Assembly (NCBI GenBank): GCA_025057315.1
Contig: JANWXW010000048.1
Span: forward strand, 93,140 to 157,139
Direction: 5' to 3'
DNA: 64,000 nt
Origin: Myxococcota bacterium
GTDB taxonomy: Bacteria; Myxococcota_A; Polyangia; Palsa-1104; JAEUJZ01
Under the pieces are notes generated by a model. That model worked only from the letters and a program-made list of their open reading frames with translations, was not told where the DNA came from and made no database searches. Below, in pieces: positions 52,901 to 62,180 of this stretch; the first letter of the stretch is position 1; the number at the start of each line of letters is the position of its first letter. A program made the position numbers and the translations under genes.

Positions 52901-53420
52901 GGTCATGCACGCCCGCCAGCTTGCCGCCGAGAACCAGCACGCTGAGGCAATGGAGGAACTGAACAGCTTCATTGCGCGCCACCAGCAGCTGCTAGCCGAT
53001 CGCATGATCTATCGCCCCGACGATGTCTCTGAGTTGCTGGGTGGAGCCTACCTGCTCCAGGGCGACCTGCTCACCCTGGCCCAGAAGGAAGACAAGGCGC
53101 TGCGCTTTTATGAGTTGGCAGCGCGCACCATGCCCAAATCCGGTGAGGCGGCAGCCCGCTACGGTCGGGCGCTCTACCATGCAGGCAAGCGCAGCGCAGC
53201 CATTCGGGAGCTGGTGCGGGCCATTCAACTTGGTGGCGACCAGGCCCCCTACGCCTTGGAATCTTACCTGTTGCTGGGCGACAGCTATCGCGAGGCCAAG
53301 CAGCGGGCTGAATCCCTGCGCGCCTACAACAAGTGGCTGTCTCTGGCGCCGCCAACAGCGCCTGAGCGGCACGAAGTGGAGACCCACGTGCTCGCACTGA
53401 GCGATCCACGCCGGCGCTGA
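49995..53420 (+). CDS. Zinc-ribbon (MJ0042-like) / Pro-rich tandem-repeat / TM / TPR-repeat protein, 1141 aa
   Basis: N-terminus CPQCSAQYEL...CPSCLHTF. A PAPV-type repeat block, then one TM (ILAIVGGSLALLVVGGGG). About 700 aa of TPR-like repeats. A hairpin follows the stop. Confidence 0.75.
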   Translation: MLYLAIYHPMTVACPQCSAQYELQASLIPPAGILMRCPSCLHTFPVKPDETSLAILEDEFTPPGGVTPPRAPVPGSEAASDPQLPFPKRAALRSVGAAFDPAPLSVEASDLPAPKPRPGEPSLPWAGQVLPELAVLVPPPPPSAPAVLPPVLDLGASEGASTPWADLPAPVGSPRRAAADLPAPVAPDLPAPVGSARRPAADLPAPVGSPRRAAADLPAPVAPDLPAPVAPDLPAPVAPDLPSPIVAELPLPVEPELVAPVEAPLPKPVGETARESAELANLQHPGTTAPTEASTQREEISSLEAFDEAVADLLTEPIPADALAPEPKQERQERPAAAARPAWSRRRILAIVGGSLALLVVGGGGTAWYLLHGRRPAEAQALVDQACVLLGDDLYLSFRKAAEQLSKAQALHANDREIVGLLAQAYLGAARAGGLSEVQQADEVLRRLQPRDQGNPEVAKARALRDLLAGRVDDARRTLAPLASKNDPRAAVYLGWVELQAGKLSAAEQAFREALARDDKLPAAHLGIGQVRQRQGDRPGAMAAYDQVLQRRPTHFTAAVAKIQLSDDPAAESRLLETVAKLQASASPRELAEIYTLLGTQALAQSRRKDAEERLRKALAAAPSFVPAQVALAGLLCEQDKTDEAYALSRRAVAAEPKNVEAWLVLVRVLLQQKKPLDAGQALQTLVQLAPKDARVLYWQGRREEAVAAAGSDDKAAQFYQKAVEADPRYIDAYIGLSRVLTRQGRATDALAALRQVAAQAQDDPQLAAALGDAYLAGGDSVKAEEALRLALSRKPDLLAVRMSLAQALEQQGRLAEAERELATVAELNKSYPGLSERRAQLLLRQGRYEEAEVQYLEAAAAPGASQALRLDAASYNLKSHPAEAEEILRAVLKEDPRSSRAHTLFALLRLQQQEVGEAALHAELATKLNDSPEALLARGMVLLAQGRRLEALDSLAKARRPPVEAMAMVMHARQLAAENQHAEAMEELNSFIARHQQLLADRMIYRPDDVSELLGGAYLLQGDLLTLAQKEDKALRFYELAARTMPKSGEAAARYGRALYHAGKRSAAIRELVRAIQLGGDQAPYALESYLLLGDSYREAKQRAESLRAYNKWLSLAPPTAPERHEVETHVLALSDPRRR
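50480..50735 (+). repeat. In-frame tandem repeats (15/24/111-bp periodicities) encoding ADLPAPVGSPRRAA / APDLPAPV units
   Basis: Near-identical nucleotide blocks (gcagacctgccagcccccgtgggctccccacgccgcgcagcg...) occur twice, with shorter gcacctgacctcccagctcccgtg units four times. Confidence 0.6.
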
Positions 53421-53436
53421 GCGCGGCAGGGCCACC

Positions 53437-53480
53437 TAACCCTCCCCCTGTCCTGCCCTGGGCAGGGAGGCAGGCGGGTT
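53437..53480 (+). terminator. GC-rich hairpin(s) just after the stop of the TPR gene (CCTGCC/GGCAGG arms)
   Basis: cctgccctgggcagg and ggcaggcgggttcctgcc inverted repeats sit 20 to 60 nt after the stop. There is no clear U-tract. Confidence 0.35.
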
Positions 53481-54453
53481 CCTGCCGCTTGCCGCCCTGC
53501 TTCGATAAAGAAAGCCTCGATGTCCGATGGTGTGTTCGCAGAGTCCAATGTGGACGGAGGCTGGCCCAGGGCACCGCTCGGCCTATGCAATCCGGTCCGA
53601 TCGCTGGCGCTATGAGAGCGCAGCGCCTTGGGGGCTCGGCGATGAAACCGAGCGGCGGCCGTACGAGCTGCTGGCCGGACCTCTGGCGCTCATGAGGCAC
53701 TTGCCGCGCTGATCGACATCCCCCTCCATGGTGCAAGAGGGGTGGCAGGGCGGCGAACGACCCTGCCCTCTGCCATCACGGCTGCGCGGGCGTTGTCGCC
53801 GAGGCACAACCTGACACTCCCAAGGGGCGCCACGTTTGAGCGATGCGTTTGCACCCGTCCCCGGGGCCGACCGGGTCGCACCTTGACAGCTGGACTTGGA
53901 ATGGGCCCTCCGCGCCCGTAGCGTGCGTACACAAGGCCCAGCAAATGAAACAGCTGCAGATTTCTTCCCCTCCGCTGGAAGCTGTGAGAGGGTGCCCAAG
54001 TCGATGCAAGGTGCCCCTATGACCCCCTCGCGAATCCGCCGTCAGGGTCATCCCGTGCATTCGCGATTCTCTTCGGCCCAAGCCCAGCAGGCAATGCGCA
54101 ACATGGTGGATCGGGCTCTGCGCGATGTGGCCCTGCTCGTCTCAGCACGGGGTCTGTGTGCGCGCCGGGCAGCGGAACTGGCCGAGCTGCCGCGATGGGA
54201 TGTCGATGCGGTCAGCTCCGTCTGCCTCTGCTCGACCTGCTGCAACAGCCGCCTGCACTGACCCCACGACCCCGCACAGGGGGGTCGATGCAGGTGCAAG
54301 TCTACTATGTGGCCAGCTCCTCCCCAGACAGCCCTGCCTTTGGCGGTTGGGTCTATGTTTGTACAGCCCTGCACCCTGGCTGTGCCGCGCGGGTCCATCA
54401 GAGCAGGCAACATGGAGGGGGCGCCACGCATGTAGGTGTAGGAGTTGGTGCTG

Positions 54454-54636
54454 CTATCCGTCGCAGCTTCCCGTGGGACAGCCAGCGGCAACGGCGGTGG
54501 CGACGGACTGAATCGTAGCAGCGACGCCGCCTGCTGGGTGAGCGGCGTGGCTCGCATGCAGATTCAGGCGGGCGCACAGGATGGCTGCCAGAGCACTCGT
54601 TAGAACCAACGCGAGGGTCAGACGAAACCCACTCAT
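54454..54636 (-). CDS. Small secreted peptide (60 aa; signal peptide plus 38-aa Cys-containing mature part)
   Basis: ATG preceded by GGAGAGAGG at a 5-nt spacing. MSGFRLTLALVLTSALAAILCA is a signal peptide. Mature part ...AVAAGCPTGSCDG. Lies downstream of a roughly 240-bp low-GC island. Not otherwise supported. Confidence 0.35.
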   Translation of the reverse strand: MSGFRLTLALVLTSALAAILCARLNLHASHAAHPAGGVAATIQSVATAVAAGCPTGSCDG

Positions 54637-54925
54637 AGGTCCTCTCTCCGGCCGGGGGGTTCGTGTTCCGTCTCCGACATCGCCTAACTACATACGATGA
54701 CGATCTGACTCTTCACTGGCTACGGTAACACGAATCTAGCCATCGAAGAATAGTGATAAAAAGCACGAAACAATGATTACGAGTTAGGCGACATGGGCCG
54801 ACACCAGAGGCAGCCTGCTACATTGAGAAATATCAATGAATTTCAATGGTTAGTTTTCGTACCAGAGAGGACAGCAGGGGTCTATGAGGGCGGCGACAGA
54901 CGCAGCTGGTAAAACGAAACCGGAA

Positions 54926-57466
54926 TCAGGGCCACGAACGCTGTGCCAGCAGAAGTTGGTCCGGGGACTCCAGGAGCCAGAGATCGCTGTTGAAGGGCTG
55001 TGTGGCGTAGACGATGTACTTGCCGTCCGGAGAGATCGTGAAGCCGAACAAATTGGAGATGCGCCGCGGGCTGACGACGGGACGAGCCACCGCTGCGCGC
55101 AGGTCCACTTCATAGATATGCGGGTAGTCGGCCAGGAGCAGCTTCCCGTCGGGAGCAAAGCGCATGAACTTAGAGCGGAGCAACCTACCCTGCGGGTCGG
55201 TGATGCGCAGGCGCCGCGTCTGCTCGGGCCCTCGAGACAGCGCCACCAGGCCCTTGCTGGTGCCCACCGCCACCTCACGCCCGTCGGGGGACCAGGTGGG
55301 ACGGCCAAATCCATCCTCCACCCAACACACCGCCTCTTCAGGCGAGGCCAGCACTGGCCGCACCCACAGTCCCCCGGCGACGGTGCCCTCGCGGCCCTCC
55401 ATGCGCGTGGTGGCCAGCAGCTTGCCATCTGGTGACAGGGCCGCATGCATTTCGTTGCTGCCGAACCGGATGCTGGGCGGCGGTCCCCCGGACAGAGACA
55501 CCACCTCCAGGCTGCCGGCGAGGTTGCTGCCGACCACCAGCGCGCGGGACCCATCGACGAACGTCTCTGGCCACAGCGTGCGCGAGACGGCCTTGCGCAC
55601 CTGGCGCCCTACTCCGCCGGTGCGGGGGAGTACCACCACCGAGTTGGCGTTCTTGTCGCCATCGTTTTCGCCTACCATGACCGCGATCGACTGGCCATCT
55701 GGTGAGAACAGAGGCCATGCGAGCACATCGGTGGGGATGTTGACGCGAATGATCGAGCTGTTGGTCCCATCCCGGCTGGTGCTCCACAGCTCGAAGCCCT
55801 CCTGCGCGCGCGTGTAGACCAGGCGCTTGCCGTTTGCGGTCAGCGACGGATTATGGGGAATGTCACTCGGGGGCAAAAGGTTCAGCAGGGGCTCGCGGCC
55901 GGTCACCGACACGGAGAGCAGGCCGCGCCGTTCGCTGCCGAAAATCAGACGTTTGCCGTCTGGAGTCCACTGGACGCGGTCATAAAACGTCGGCTGATCA
56001 TCGAGCGTCACCGCCGGACCACCAGAGACCGGCAGCACGCGCAGCCCACCGGGAGCAGGGCCGGCCACATAGGCTAGCTGCTTGGCATCGGGAGAGACCG
56101 CTGGACACAGCTCGAAGCGCGCCGGCGGATCGGCCTCGATTGGCCGGATGCCTTCGCTGCCCAGTTCAAAATAGGCCAGGTGCCAGCGCCCCGTGTCCTC
56201 GTTGTAGTGAGACAGGGCCAGCCGCCGCCCGTCTGGGAACCAGCTGGGCGTGGTGCCAGCCACCAAGCGCTGAGGCGGGGACTCGACACCCAGGCTAATG
56301 TCCACCATGTAGATCTCAGCCGCGCGATCGAGGAAGTGGCGGCCAGTGGAGAACGCGATGCGACGCGAGTCAGGAGCGAAGCTGATCCACGTGACCGACT
56401 GGCCCGGGGCAGAGAAGCGCTGGGGTTGTACGGTGGCATCGAACAGTGGCCGCAACAGGCCTTCCATGACGCCATCGCTCTCTTCCATGTAGGCCAGCAA
56501 CTTTCCATCGGGGGAAACCGTGCCAAACTGGGCGCCGCCCCACTGGCGGGTGAGGATGCTCTTGAGCGGCTCACGCCGCATGGGCGGGGTGGGCTCACGC
56601 TCGCCCGCCGGCAGGGAGAACAGACCCAGCACCAGGCCTGGCTGGATGATAAGGGCCAGAGCAGTCAGGACAGCCACTGCAGAGCCAATGGTCACGCCAA
56701 TGATGGGGGCGCGGAGCCATGGCCGCGACAGGGCCCGTTCCAAGGCCATCGCATCCCGGTAGCGGCGCCGCGGGTCCCGATCAGTGGCCCGGCGAATGAT
56801 CGGCCGCAGCCACGCCGGTGGCCGCCGGTCCCCATAGAGCTCCTCGAGCACCAGACCAAGCGCATAGACATCGGTGGCAGGGGTGACCGCCTTGCCCAGC
56901 TGCTGCTCCGGGGCCATGTACCGTGGTGTGCCCAGAGCCACCCCGGTCACCGTGTCGCGTGGGCTGCCCTCCTTGCGCGCGACGCCAAAGTCGAGCACCA
57001 CGGCGCGGCCGTTCTTGTCGAGCAGGACGTTTTCTGGCTTGAGGTCCCGGTGCACCACGCCCTTTTCGTGCGCCGCAGCCACGCCCGCACAGATCTGCCG
57101 CGCGATGGACAGCGCCTCGTCGGGGTGCAGGGGGCCGCGGTCCAGACGTCGACGCAGCGTCTCGCCCTGCACGAATTCCATGGACAAAAGCACGCTGCCG
57201 TCTCCATCTCGGTAGGCATCGTGCACGCGACAGATATTGCGGTGGGAGAGTTCCCGGGCCAGCGCGGCTTCGCGCACGAGGCGGTCGGTGTAGTCCGGGT
57301 CCGCGGCCAGGTCCGGCCGTACGTGCTTGACCGCCACCTCGGTCTTGGTGAAGGTATCGAGCGCGCGCACAACAATACCCATCCCCCCGTGGCCGATCAC
57401 TTCCCGCACAAGGAAGCGGTCGGCCAGTAGGGATCCCACTCGCGGGCCCTGGTGCGCCTCGGTCAT
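54926..57466 (-). CDS. Ser/Thr protein kinase with TM segment and C-terminal TolB-like (PD40 / WD40-like) beta-propeller
   Basis: Kinase motifs (GHGGMGIVVRA...AVK, HRDLKPENVLLD, DFG, APE). TM IIGVTIGSAVAVLTALALII. Then repeated ...SPDG..LAY.. propeller blades. Confidence 0.85.
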   Translation of the reverse strand: MTEAHQGPRVGSLLADRFLVREVIGHGGMGIVVRALDTFTKTEVAVKHVRPDLAADPDYTDRLVREAALARELSHRNICRVHDAYRDGDGSVLLSMEFVQGETLRRRLDRGPLHPDEALSIARQICAGVAAAHEKGVVHRDLKPENVLLDKNGRAVVLDFGVARKEGSPRDTVTGVALGTPRYMAPEQQLGKAVTPATDVYALGLVLEELYGDRRPPAWLRPIIRRATDRDPRRRYRDAMALERALSRPWLRAPIIGVTIGSAVAVLTALALIIQPGLVLGLFSLPAGEREPTPPMRREPLKSILTRQWGGAQFGTVSPDGKLLAYMEESDGVMEGLLRPLFDATVQPQRFSAPGQSVTWISFAPDSRRIAFSTGRHFLDRAAEIYMVDISLGVESPPQRLVAGTTPSWFPDGRRLALSHYNEDTGRWHLAYFELGSEGIRPIEADPPARFELCPAVSPDAKQLAYVAGPAPGGLRVLPVSGGPAVTLDDQPTFYDRVQWTPDGKRLIFGSERRGLLSVSVTGREPLLNLLPPSDIPHNPSLTANGKRLVYTRAQEGFELWSTSRDGTNSSIIRVNIPTDVLAWPLFSPDGQSIAVMVGENDGDKNANSVVVLPRTGGVGRQVRKAVSRTLWPETFVDGSRALVVGSNLAGSLEVVSLSGGPPPSIRFGSNEMHAALSPDGKLLATTRMEGREGTVAGGLWVRPVLASPEEAVCWVEDGFGRPTWSPDGREVAVGTSKGLVALSRGPEQTRRLRITDPQGRLLRSKFMRFAPDGKLLLADYPHIYEVDLRAAVARPVVSPRRISNLFGFTISPDGKYIVYATQPFNSDLWLLESPDQLLLAQRSWP

Positions 57467-57659
57467 GGACTAGTTACTGCCTCTCGATTCATGCCTAGGA
57501 CTTGCATTACGGCAACCAGCATGCGGATTGTTGCCCGATGCGCGTCATTGTGCAAGCCCATGAACGGCAAAATGATAGCGATTTTCTCTGCTCCAGGCGC
57601 TTTGGATTTCCTACGCCCTTGACCACTGCCCATCCGTCCCCCTATAGTACGCGCACTCC

Positions 57660-58787
57660 ATGCTCGCTGAAGCCGCCGTCCCCTCGGAGCAGGCCGGAAC
57701 GCTCCTCACCAGCATGGAACCCAGTGTAATAATTGGAGTTTTTCTTTTCCTCGCAGTTTTGATCGGGCTTCTAGTTTGGTTTTTCTTATCACAAAAAAAT
57801 CGAGCCACAAAGAGGCCTGCTGAGGCAGCGCCCTCCCGCCCAGAACCGGCACGGGAGGCGCGAGCCCGGCTACGGGACCATGCCCTGGAAGCGGGCTTGG
57901 AGAAGACCCGCGGGGGCTTCATCGCCCGGTTGGGCAGCCTGCTCGGTCGCAAGCAGATCGATGCCCAGCTGCTGGCCCAGATTGAGGAGACCCTGCTTAC
58001 TGCGGACATCGGCCCGAAAACTGCCGCCCTGCTGTTCCAGCGCATCAAGGAGGCGCTCCCCCAGAAGGAGCTGGACGATCCAGAGACCGTCTTCCGCGCG
58101 CTGGAGCAGGAGTCGCGTCGGCTGCTGGAGGTGCCGGCCCCCCCGCTGGACTTTACCCGCCATCGGCCGTTTGTCGTGCTCGTCGTCGGGGTGAACGGCT
58201 CGGGCAAGACCACCACGATTGGCAAGCTGGCAGCTCAGCAGGTGCAGCTCGGGCGCAAGGTGATCCTGGCAGCGGGCGATACCTTCCGCGCCGCGGCCGT
58301 GGAGCAGCTGGAGGAGTGGGGACGGCGCGCGGGCGCCCAGGTGGTCAAGGGCAAGGAGGGGGGCGATCCGTCGGCCGTTATCTTCGACGCTGTGCGCCGG
58401 GCGCAACAGGAGGGGGCGGACGTAGTTCTGGCCGACACCGCGGGTCGGCTGCACGTCAAAGCCCAGCTCATGGAGGAGCTGCAGAAGGTGCGGCGCGTAA
58501 TCCGCAAGGCAGAGCCTACCGCCCCCCACGAGACCTGGCTGGTGCTGGATGCCACCACGGGTCAGAACGCCATCGCGCAGGCAGCCACGTTCAAGGAAAT
58601 GATGGAAATTACGGGCATCATCCTGACCAAGCTGGATGGCACGGCCAAGGGGGGAGTGATCCTGGGGATTTGCAACGAGCTGCAGGTGCCGGTGCGGTTC
58701 ATCGGCATCGGCGAGAAGGTGACTGACCTTCGCCCCTTCGACGCTGCGGAGTTCGCGCAGGCCCTCTACGCACGGGAGGGCCGATGA
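57660..58787 (+). CDS. ftsY: Signal recognition particle receptor FtsY
   Basis: NG domain with [31 protein letters not shown]-terminal membrane-anchoring segment. An alternative start is 57714. Confidence 0.9.
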   Translation: MLAEAAVPSEQAGTLLTSMEPSVIIGVFLFLAVLIGLLVWFFLSQKNRATKRPAEAAPSRPEPAREARARLRDHALEAGLEKTRGGFIARLGSLLGRKQIDAQLLAQIEETLLTADIGPKTAALLFQRIKEALPQKELDDPETVFRALEQESRRLLEVPAPPLDFTRHRPFVVLVVGVNGSGKTTTIGKLAAQQVQLGRKVILAAGDTFRAAAVEQLEEWGRRAGAQVVKGKEGGDPSAVIFDAVRRAQQEGADVVLADTAGRLHVKAQLMEELQKVRRVIRKAEPTAPHETWLVLDATTGQNAIAQAATFKEMMEITGIILTKLDGTAKGGVILGICNELQVPVRFIGIGEKVTDLRPFDAAEFAQALYAREGR

Positions 58788-59030
58788 GGGCAGGCCAGGC
58801 AGGCCAGATGGTGCGCTTCCATCGACCTGTCTGGTCGCGCCCAGCTGCGTCGCTGGGGCCAGTCCATGTCCCGCACTCGCTGACGACGTACTTGAAACGA
58901 CATCCAAGCCCTGCGGGCCGCAAACTTTTTTTGCGCTGCGGCTCAAACAACTTGATTGTGATACAAGGCGCATGATATCGTGCCCGTCTCGATACGTGGC
59001 AGCCAACCCCAACGGTGTGATGAGGCAAGC

Positions 59031-60011
59031 ATGAGGAGATTGGCGATCCGCCTGTGCATCTGGACAGCGACGGCGCTGGCAGTCTGTAGCGCAGGCAGAC
59101 TGGCTTACGGCCAGTCCCAGCAGCAGGTCCCTCCCGAGGGGGGGGAGGCTGCGGCCGAGCCCCCTGCGGAACTCCCATCGACGGGAGCACCGGCAGAGGT
59201 GCAGAGCGCCCCCACCCCCACGGAGACCGTCCGGCCTCAAGGGGAGCGGTGGAAGGACATTCTGGTCCTTCCGCGACGTGCCGTATTGAAGGCGAAGCGG
59301 GTCGAGGTGGTACCCATGTACCACTTCAATTTCAACAACCCCCTGATTCGCCACCACGGCATCGGGGCTCAGATCAACTACTTTTTGAGTGAGGCGCTGT
59401 GGCTGGGGCTGGAGGGGACCTATTACTTTGCTGACCAGAGCAACAGCTCCACCGGGACGTACTTTCTGATTGGCGTCCAGGACAAAGTCGTGCCGGCGGT
59501 CAACAAGCTGATCTTCTCGGCCCTGCTGGATTTCGGCTATGTCCCGGCACAGGGCAAGTTTGCGCTCTTCAACCGCAAGGTGGTCCACTGGGAGGGCTAC
59601 GTGACGCTGGGGGTGGGGACCTTTATGACCCAGGTCATTCCGGTGAAGCCCTCTGACCCGGCCTTTACCAACATCAGCGCGATGTTCAACGTGGGTGTGG
59701 GTTCGCGCCTCTTTATCAACCGATGGCTGGCCCTCAATGCCTTTCTCAAGATGTACGGCTACCCGGACACCTTCGAGCCGGTGGCCAATGCCGCCTTCAA
59801 CCGCGACACGATGCCGCCGGCAGGTGGAGGGGCTGGTGGCGGCTGTGCCAACTACTTCCGGGGGCTGACGCCGGGCACAGATGCCTTTGAGAATGCGTAT
59901 TCCCAGTGCCGCAAGGACAACGGGAACACGACGCTCGTTCTTGATGTGGTCTTCGGCATCGGAATGTCGTTCTTCCTGCCGCCGAAATTTGAGTACAAGC
60001 TGCCCAGGTAA
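59031..60011 (+). CDS. Outer-membrane beta-barrel protein (Myxococcales-type OMP beta-barrel domain)
   Basis: Trimmed to the ATG at 59031 (MRRLAIRLCIWTATALAVCSA is a signal peptide). Alternating amphipathic strands. The C-terminus ends in an aromatic-containing strand (...FEYKLPR). Confidence 0.7.
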   Translation: MRRLAIRLCIWTATALAVCSAGRLAYGQSQQQVPPEGGEAAAEPPAELPSTGAPAEVQSAPTPTETVRPQGERWKDILVLPRRAVLKAKRVEVVPMYHFNFNNPLIRHHGIGAQINYFLSEALWLGLEGTYYFADQSNSSTGTYFLIGVQDKVVPAVNKLIFSALLDFGYVPAQGKFALFNRKVVHWEGYVTLGVGTFMTQVIPVKPSDPAFTNISAMFNVGVGSRLFINRWLALNAFLKMYGYPDTFEPVANAAFNRDTMPPAGGGAGGGCANYFRGLTPGTDAFENAYSQCRKDNGNTTLVLDVVFGIGMSFFLPPKFEYKLPR

Positions 60012-60028
60012 AGGAGCGCGAGGGACCC

Positions 60029-61597
60029 ATGAGAACGCGAACGATCCTCGTCCTGTTCCTGACCTCCCTCGCCGCCCTGGGAGGGCTTACCGCTGAGGCC
60101 CGGGCGGATCGCGGTCGCAACCCCCTGGCCGGTCAGCCGGCCATTCGGCATCGGCTGGAGCTGCGCAAGCTTCGCTTCGAGGTCTCGCCTCAGTTTTTGC
60201 TGTCGGTCAACCAGCCGTTCCTCATCGGCATCGGTGGCGGTGCCAACGTTCAGTTCCATATCACCGACTGGCTGGGCATCGCTGCCTCGTTCCACTACAC
60301 AGCCAACGTGGCCTCTCCGCTGGCCAACCAGGTCGAAGCCTCGCTGCCCAGCCGTCCCGCACCTATGAATGATCCGGCGTACGGTCTGCGCCAGCCCAGC
60401 AAGGACCAGTTCAGAGATCATCTCATCGGCCCGAATCTGCTGGGCGGCCTCTATGCGACGCTGACACCGATGGGGGGGAAGTTCTCGCTGTTTAACGCGC
60501 TGTTTGCCAACTACGACTTCTATGGCCTGGCCGGTCTCGGGCTGGTCAACCTGACCACGCCGGTCGCATCGGGTGCGGGTTACATGCCGCCGCTCGATGT
60601 GAACAACGACGTCAACCGCCAGTCGCCCGACATCTTCACCGGACCACGCGTGGCCGGCCTGTTGGGCATCGGAGTGCACATCTTCTTCAACGACTTCTTG
60701 GCCCTCCAGATGGAGCTGCGCGACTACATCTACAAGTCCAATCCGGGCGGCCTGGACGTCAGCGCCACCGACAGCAAGCGAAACCAGGGGCCGGTGCTGA
60801 CGAGCGCCGATGAGTACGTCGTCAACCACCTGTACTTCGGCCTGGGCCTGTCCATCTTCCTGCCGCCTCGGGCCAAGGTCCTCGACAAGCGGCCCGACTC
60901 GCCCAAATACGTGCCTAAGTCCGAGCCCACGCCGGTTGCACAGTCGTCCCGCGGCAAGGACCGGGACGGCGACGGCATCGAGGACCGGGTCGACAGGTGT
61001 CCGGACCAGCCCGAGGACCGCGACGGGTTCGAGGACAGCGACGGCTGCCCTGATCCAGACAACGACAAAGACGGCGTGCTAGACGGGGAGGATGCGTGTC
61101 CCAACCAGGCCGGCGTCGCTGAGAACCAGGGCTGCCCGGACAAGGATCAGGACGGCGATGGGGTCGCGGATCGAACCGACCAGTGCCCCGAGACGCCGGG
61201 GGTCAAGCCCACGGGCTGCCCGGAGGAGAAGCGCCAGTATATTGTGGTCACCGAAGACAAGATTGACCTGCGCCAGCAGATTCGGTTTGCCACGGGCAAG
61301 GCGACGATTCTGCCGGCTTCCTTCCCCCTGCTGGACGAGGTGGTGTCTGTGCTCCAGCAGCGGCCCAAGCTACGCCTCCGCATCGAGGGCCACACGGACA
61401 ACAGGGGCAACCCCAAGAAGAACCAAAAGCTGTCCGAGGCCCGCGCCCAGGCCGTTGTGGACTACCTGGTCCGCAAGGGCATCGACCCAGCCCGACTGAG
61501 CAGCGCTGGCTTCGGCTCCAGCCGCCCCATTGCCGACAACAGGACCGCGGCCGGACGGGAGAAAAACCGACGGACCGAGTTCTTCATCGAGAAGTAA
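60029..61597 (+). CDS. OmpA-family protein: N-terminal beta-barrel, thrombospondin type-3 (Ca-binding) repeats, C-terminal OmpA peptidoglycan-binding domain
   Basis: Signal peptide. A beta-barrel region paralogous to the preceding gene. Repeated DxDxDGxxDxxDxCP units (DRDGDGIEDRVDRCPD, DSDGCPDPDNDKDGVLDGEDACPN...). OmpA_C motif (IEGHTDNRGNPKKNQKLSEARAQAV). Confidence 0.85.
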   Translation: MRTRTILVLFLTSLAALGGLTAEARADRGRNPLAGQPAIRHRLELRKLRFEVSPQFLLSVNQPFLIGIGGGANVQFHITDWLGIAASFHYTANVASPLANQVEASLPSRPAPMNDPAYGLRQPSKDQFRDHLIGPNLLGGLYATLTPMGGKFSLFNALFANYDFYGLAGLGLVNLTTPVASGAGYMPPLDVNNDVNRQSPDIFTGPRVAGLLGIGVHIFFNDFLALQMELRDYIYKSNPGGLDVSATDSKRNQGPVLTSADEYVVNHLYFGLGLSIFLPPRAKVLDKRPDSPKYVPKSEPTPVAQSSRGKDRDGDGIEDRVDRCPDQPEDRDGFEDSDGCPDPDNDKDGVLDGEDACPNQAGVAENQGCPDKDQDGDGVADRTDQCPETPGVKPTGCPEEKRQYIVVTEDKIDLRQQIRFATGKATILPASFPLLDEVVSVLQQRPKLRLRIEGHTDNRGNPKKNQKLSEARAQAVVDYLVRKGIDPARLSSAGFGSSRPIADNRTAAGREKNRRTEFFIEK

Positions 61598-61684
61598 GCT
61601 ACCCGCCCACCTCCCGGCGTAAAGGAGCCGGGCCCCTCCCCTGCCTGGCAAGTCCAGCCATGTGTGATCGCGGAGGCCCTTCCG

Positions 61685-62119
61685 CTAGCGGTATGGCTCG
61701 AGGAACTCGTCCAGCGCCTCCCCATTCAAGGCCAACGCCGTACAGTCCTCCACCAGGTCGGTCCAAGCGCGGAATTGCTCCTGAGGCAACGGCTGCGTCG
61801 CGTCCCAGAACAAAAAGAACGAGCCCAGCTCGGTGTTGCAGCTGCTGATGCGGACAAATCGGTTCTGCCGCTGCAGCGTGCCCTGGTAATGGTTGCGCAG
61901 CCCAGCCAGGTCCTGAATGGTCTTGCCGGCTGGCAGCAGCCATACGCCAGCGCGGGCCTTGAGTCCATCCCGGGCGACGCTGAGGCCAAACGACCAGCCG
62001 CCCACCCCGACGGCGAACTCGCGGTACGGGGTCGCCTCCTCCGGGCCGACCTCAATGCCGTTGCTGGCCCAGCGCTCCCGCAGGTACCTGGCAAAGCTGG
62101 CCTGGTCTGGCTGCTGCAT
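61685..62119 (-). CDS. Hypothetical cytoplasmic protein (about 144 aa)
   Basis: Trimmed to the third ATG (MQQPDQ...), which follows GAGGAGGAGGA. Diverse composition. The plus-strand mirror ORF (61664..62170) is Leu/Arg/Gln-rich junk. Confidence 0.5.
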   Translation of the reverse strand: MQQPDQASFARYLRERWASNGIEVGPEEATPYREFAVGVGGWSFGLSVARDGLKARAGVWLLPAGKTIQDLAGLRNHYQGTLQRQNRFVRISSCNTELGSFFLFWDATQPLPQEQFRAWTDLVEDCTALALNGEALDEFLEPYR

Positions 62120-62167
62120 CCTCGCATCCTCCTCCTCTTGGCGCATAGAGGCGATCTTAGAAAAGTA

Positions 62168-62180
62168 TAGCATGATGCTA
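62168..62180. promoter_or_regulatory. Perfect 6-1-6 palindrome TAGCAT-G-ATGCTA in the AT-rich divergent promoter region between the hypothetical gene and the TBDR gene
   Basis: Read directly. It lies about 20 bp upstream of the TBDR ATG and is flanked by unusually AT-rich sequence (cttagaaaagtatagcatgatgctaagatgag). Confidence 0.3.

Noticed and set aside
54048-54557. 169-aa minus ORF as an independent gene
   Set aside because: Its 3' half is low-complexity Ser/Arg/Ala sequence. It is more likely the out-of-frame continuation or remnant of the small secreted-peptide gene, and is discussed in the findings instead.
57502-57729. 75-aa plus ORF upstream of ftsY
   Set aside because: It overlaps the ftsY N-terminus in another frame, and the translation is Pro/Ser/Arg junk.
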